Below are positions 60,896 to 64,000 of a stretch of DNA of 64,000 nt, piece by piece (position 1 is the first letter of the stretch; each line of letters opens with the position of its first letter). Position numbers and translations under genes: made by a program. The stretch spans positions 672,001-736,000 of the forward strand of contig CAWCXJ010000006.1 in NCBI GenBank assembly GCA_963799485.1, given 5' to 3'. Below the pieces are notes generated by a model that was not told where the DNA came from, did not search any database, and was given only the letters and a program-made list of their open reading frames with translations. The DNA is from an uncultured Trueperaceae bacterium. GTDB taxonomy: Bacteria; Deinococcota; Deinococci; Deinococcales; Trueperaceae.

Positions 60896-62238
60896 CGCTC
60901 CTGTCCTCGTCCCGGTCGCGTTTTTGGGATGGTGGCCGTGAGTCTCGTTCCGTGGGGTTGGCTCTGAAGCGTCAGCTTGCCGCCGACCAGCCCCAAGCGT
61001 TCTTGTAGACCCACGAGACCGAAGCCGCTTCGCCTCTCCTGCCAGCCGCTCGCGTCGAAGCCGGAGCCGTCGTCGCACAGGTTCAGCGTCAGGCGTTCGT
61101 CGCCGAAATCCAGGCTTAGGGTGACCTGACTCGCCCCGGCGTGTTTGTGGATGTTGGTCAAGCCTTCTTGAATCACACGGTAGAGGGTCATGAGGACGAG
61201 GTCGCTGTAACCCCTGCTGTCGCCCATTCTCTGAAGTTTAAGCTCGAGGTCCCCGTGCCGCATCCGTGCCAGCAGGCTCTCGAGCGCATCGTCAAACGAA
61301 AAGGGGGTACTTTTCCGCAGGCTCCCTACCGATTCGCGGACATCTTTTAGTGCATCTTGAACCGTCCTCTGCGCCTGTTTTACGGCGTCTTGGGTACGCT
61401 TCGGGTCACGTTCTTTGTAGGCGTTGGCTTTTTCTAGTTGAATATTGATCGCCGCCAAGTGATGTCCCAAGCTGTCGTGGACATCTCTGGCGACGCGGTT
61501 GCGTTCTTCGGTAGCGGCAAGCTCGGCAATCTGGTCGGTCGAAGCCCGCAGGTCGTGGTGCGAGGCTTCTAGAGAGGTGTGGAGCGTCTCGAGTTCCGCC
61601 TGATCCGCCGCAGCCCGTGCCACTGCGCGAGCCAGCAAAAAGGTGAAAAACAAGATGACGAGCACGCCGAAGCCGCGGTCAACGAGCTGCCCGAGCGGGA
61701 GCGAGGTTGACGGCGGCTGACCGGGTAAGGGTCGCCCCGCTGCCGGGGGTGGTTGAAGGGTTGGCAGTGTGGGGTTAATCCCGACTCCTTGGCTCAGCAG
61801 CAGGAGGAGGCTGGCGGCGGCTACGGCGTAGCTCACCCACTTGCTCACGGCTAAATACAAGTACAAAATCAGGACGAGAAAAACGACCTGCGAATAGAGC
61901 GGGTCGCCGAACGCCAGAATAGCGGCGAACAGAAGCAGTCTGAAGGCGAGTTGCGGCAAGCCGACACGTTCTGACGCGCGAAAACTTGCTGAGCCTAGCG
62001 CTGCAGACTCGAGCCCGATGAGGCCCAGGATGGCCGCTAGAAAAATCACGAAGCGCACCCCCTGCGGCGCGGAGACAAGCGAGTTCGGCCCGATGCCCCC
62101 AGTTAATACGTCAACAAGTCCGGCCAGCAGCACCAGGCCGTAAGTCGCCAACGCAATAAAACGGTAGCGCTTGTACAGGGGCGGTAAGACGTCGGTACGC
62201 CGTAATCGCAGCGTCCGCATTTTCAAGGAACGGGTCAT
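60892..62238 (-). CDS. HisKA_3 membrane sensor histidine kinase
   Basis: Multi-TM N terminus, ERNRVARDVHDSLGH, QEGLTNIHKHA, DDGSGF, GFGLVGLQER. Confidence 0.92.
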   Translation of the reverse strand: MTRSLKMRTLRLRRTDVLPPLYKRYRFIALATYGLVLLAGLVDVLTGGIGPNSLVSAPQGVRFVIFLAAILGLIGLESAALGSASFRASERVGLPQLAFRLLLFAAILAFGDPLYSQVVFLVLILYLYLAVSKWVSYAVAAASLLLLLSQGVGINPTLPTLQPPPAAGRPLPGQPPSTSLPLGQLVDRGFGVLVILFFTFLLARAVARAAADQAELETLHTSLEASHHDLRASTDQIAELAATEERNRVARDVHDSLGHHLAAINIQLEKANAYKERDPKRTQDAVKQAQRTVQDALKDVRESVGSLRKSTPFSFDDALESLLARMRHGDLELKLQRMGDSRGYSDLVLMTLYRVIQEGLTNIHKHAGASQVTLSLDFGDERLTLNLCDDGSGFDASGWQERRSGFGLVGLQERLGLVGGKLTLQSQPHGTRLTATIPKTRPGRGQER

Positions 62239-62378
62239 GCCCTTAGAGCGTAACAGACGTAAACCGAAATGACATCTATCCTTTGGCTAAAAAACTAGCC
62301 GAAGGTCATAGGGCCAGCGGCTAGCTAAAATCTCGTTCACCTCAGACGTCAGCTCGGTGATTCGCACCCCGGCCTTTC

Positions 62379-62432
62379 CAAACAAAACCTATACACGACC
62401 CATCCCCGTACCACACAGACCCCCAGCATACT
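62379..62432 (+). promoter_or_regulatory. Direct-repeat box plus -10 upstream of the 62491 gene
   Basis: CAAACAAAACCTATACA-N31-CATACT. Confidence 0.5.
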
Positions 62433-62490
62433 TTTCAGTAGATGGCGGAACCCAAACCGCCATCTGAAACAACCTCTATAGGAGAAAACA

Positions 62491-62931
62491 ATGAACCACA
62501 CTGAAAACCGCTCCGAATACCTTGCCAACAAGAATGCAGAAAGCTTCCGGCACTACCCTGCCGAGCATGTCCTAGGCGTTTTTGAAACCACCGAAGCTTT
62601 AGACGCGGCGCTTCTAAATCTGGAAGATAGGGGCGTCAGCGCGGAGGGTATCGACCTCTTATGCGGCGAACGAGGTGCCGAAATACTCGATAAGAAAGGC
62701 CAGAATCACGGGTTTTTGGCACGGGCAGTGCGGGTCATCCAATATCTCGGTTACGAGCAGAGGACGCTAGAAGACTATGACCAGCAGCTCAGAAGCGGTT
62801 ATTCACTCCTAGCCGTACCGGTAAGCGTACAAAACAGTAAAACCGACCTGGCAGACGCCTTCAAGGACGGCGGTGGCAAACTCCTACGCTATTTCGGCAG
62901 GTGGAGCATCGAAGACCTTTATGTGCGCTAG
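62491..62931 (+). CDS. Hypothetical protein (general-stress-protein-like)
   Basis: GGAGA RBS; VLGVFET.EALDAAL..L...G....I, YDQQLRSG..LLAV, YFGRWSIEDL. Confidence 0.65.
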   Translation: MNHTENRSEYLANKNAESFRHYPAEHVLGVFETTEALDAALLNLEDRGVSAEGIDLLCGERGAEILDKKGQNHGFLARAVRVIQYLGYEQRTLEDYDQQLRSGYSLLAVPVSVQNSKTDLADAFKDGGGKLLRYFGRWSIEDLYVR

Positions 62932-63472
62932 TGGTTCCCCTCGGACCGTCGACGGCGTGTCAAGGTTGCGTCAGACTACGAGCAGATACTCGGCACAAAG
63001 GCGAGGCCGACACCTAAGTAAACCCCAAACAATTCCCGGATGAGACCTTTACACGCCTGCCTCTGCCACACTCGTTTAAGCGTGAAGAGGCGCACCCAAG
63101 CCGGTCGCTAAGCCTTCACCCTTCCCATAAGTTCTCACGCTTCAGCTTCTCCAATCAAGCTGGCAGATACTGGGATGAAGAATCAGCTCGTGAGTAAACC
63201 GAGCCCAGAAAGGAAGCACAAAAAGCAGGTCGGGGTACTGACGCTGACCGAAAAAACCTCCAGCGTACATAGATTGGCGTCTGCAACGCTGGAGGCTCGT
63301 TCACAGCCCGCGAGGGGACTGCTACGTGAGTGTAGCAAGGTTCTTTTGCGGAGTAAAAGGAGCCACCCGTAATGTTCACAAGCACTGGTGCTGTTCGTTC
63401 AACACTCTCGAGACAACCGTCCCTACAGAGGCGCGGCTGATGGTTCGTCAAGCTGCAAAGCCAATCCCCTTT

Positions 63473-64000
63473 GGCTCTTCCTGCGTTTCAAGGAGCTACC
63501 AGAACCTCAATGAGGGACGGTAATAGTGCCCTACCCCGGCTCCTAACGTTGTGGACGAGCTCGAAGAAGCCCAAATAGAGTGGCAACTTTTCTTGCGAGA
63601 TGCCGCGATGGGGGCGAAGCCAAGAGCGCAGTAGCGACCAGAAGCCCTCAATGCTGTTGACATGCACCTCATGAAAGCCATCGCCATCTTGCGGGCATAC
63701 TCACCGGCAGAGTGGTTGACGGCTTGGTGCTCGTATCCCCACTGCTCCAAGCGGTCATAGATGCAGTACTCGTCAGTGTAGATAAGGCCGCCCCTGGAAA
63801 TGAAGCTTTTGATGAATGGCGCGATAGTCTTCTGCTTTACGTTGGCAAGCATCTTGATCACTACCTCACCGTTGCGTTGCAGCATCCCTAGCACAGGAGG
63901 CTTCTCCTTCTCGAGCGTGCCTCTTCCGCGGCTTCCTTTGAGTCTGCGCCTTCGTCCCTGACGCTCCTTGTTCTTGACCGCCTGAGCTTGTCCCTTGTGA
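63473..64000 (-). mobile_element. IS1595-family (ISXO2-like) element, frameshifted, runs past the window end
   Basis: RGRGTLEKEKPPVLGM, IYTDEY, VNHSAGEYAR, frameshift, DGDGFHEVHVNSIEGFWSLLRSWLRPHRGIS; terminus GGCTCTT at 63473. Confidence 0.88.

Noticed and set aside
1..64000. CRISPR array, cas genes, rRNA, prophage or recognisable anti-phage defence genes
   Set aside because: No repeat-spacer array or diagnostic protein motifs seen. The 11-bp and 15-bp repeats are far too short and have no spacers

Overview
GC-rich bacterial chromosome segment, most likely Deinococcota (Truepera-like). This is an inference from pervasive leaderless TANNNT-N5/6-ATG gene starts, a csaB locus, a stand-alone minC and tandem TolC-like genes. 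Bases 1-41.3 kb are mostly housekeeping genes (manA-type isomerase, lon, MPG glycosylase, isoaspartyl peptidase, minC, ispH, two App1 paralogs, tRNA-Ile, an HtrA-like protease, nrnA, pyrG-udk-DUF5693-csaB, a Crp-family regulator), interspersed with small pseudogenes. From 41.3 kb to the end is an IS-rich accessory region. It holds IS1, an ISL3 fragment, IS1182 and IS1595, an arsR-acr3-arsC-arsC' cluster with a DUF6428 gene and a CDF gene, a MacAB-like ABC exporter with two TolC-like proteins and an OmpR/BaeS-type two-component pair, a NarL-type pair, and DedA/VTT and YceI genes. The strongest signals outside the gene annotation are four. (1) A shared 11-bp-period direct-repeat motif lies exactly 31 nt upstream of a -10-like hexamer in seven promoters of mostly envelope/export genes, suggesting a regulon. 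(2) The palindrome CTCGAG is strongly over-represented (about 130 copies by hand count), recalling cyanobacterial HIP1. (3) A 27-nt in-frame palindromic mini-insertion sits beside the first catalytic Asp of the IS1 transposase. (4) A 26-nt templated inverted insertion interrupts the ISL3 transposase. All family calls come from motif recognition, not database searches.
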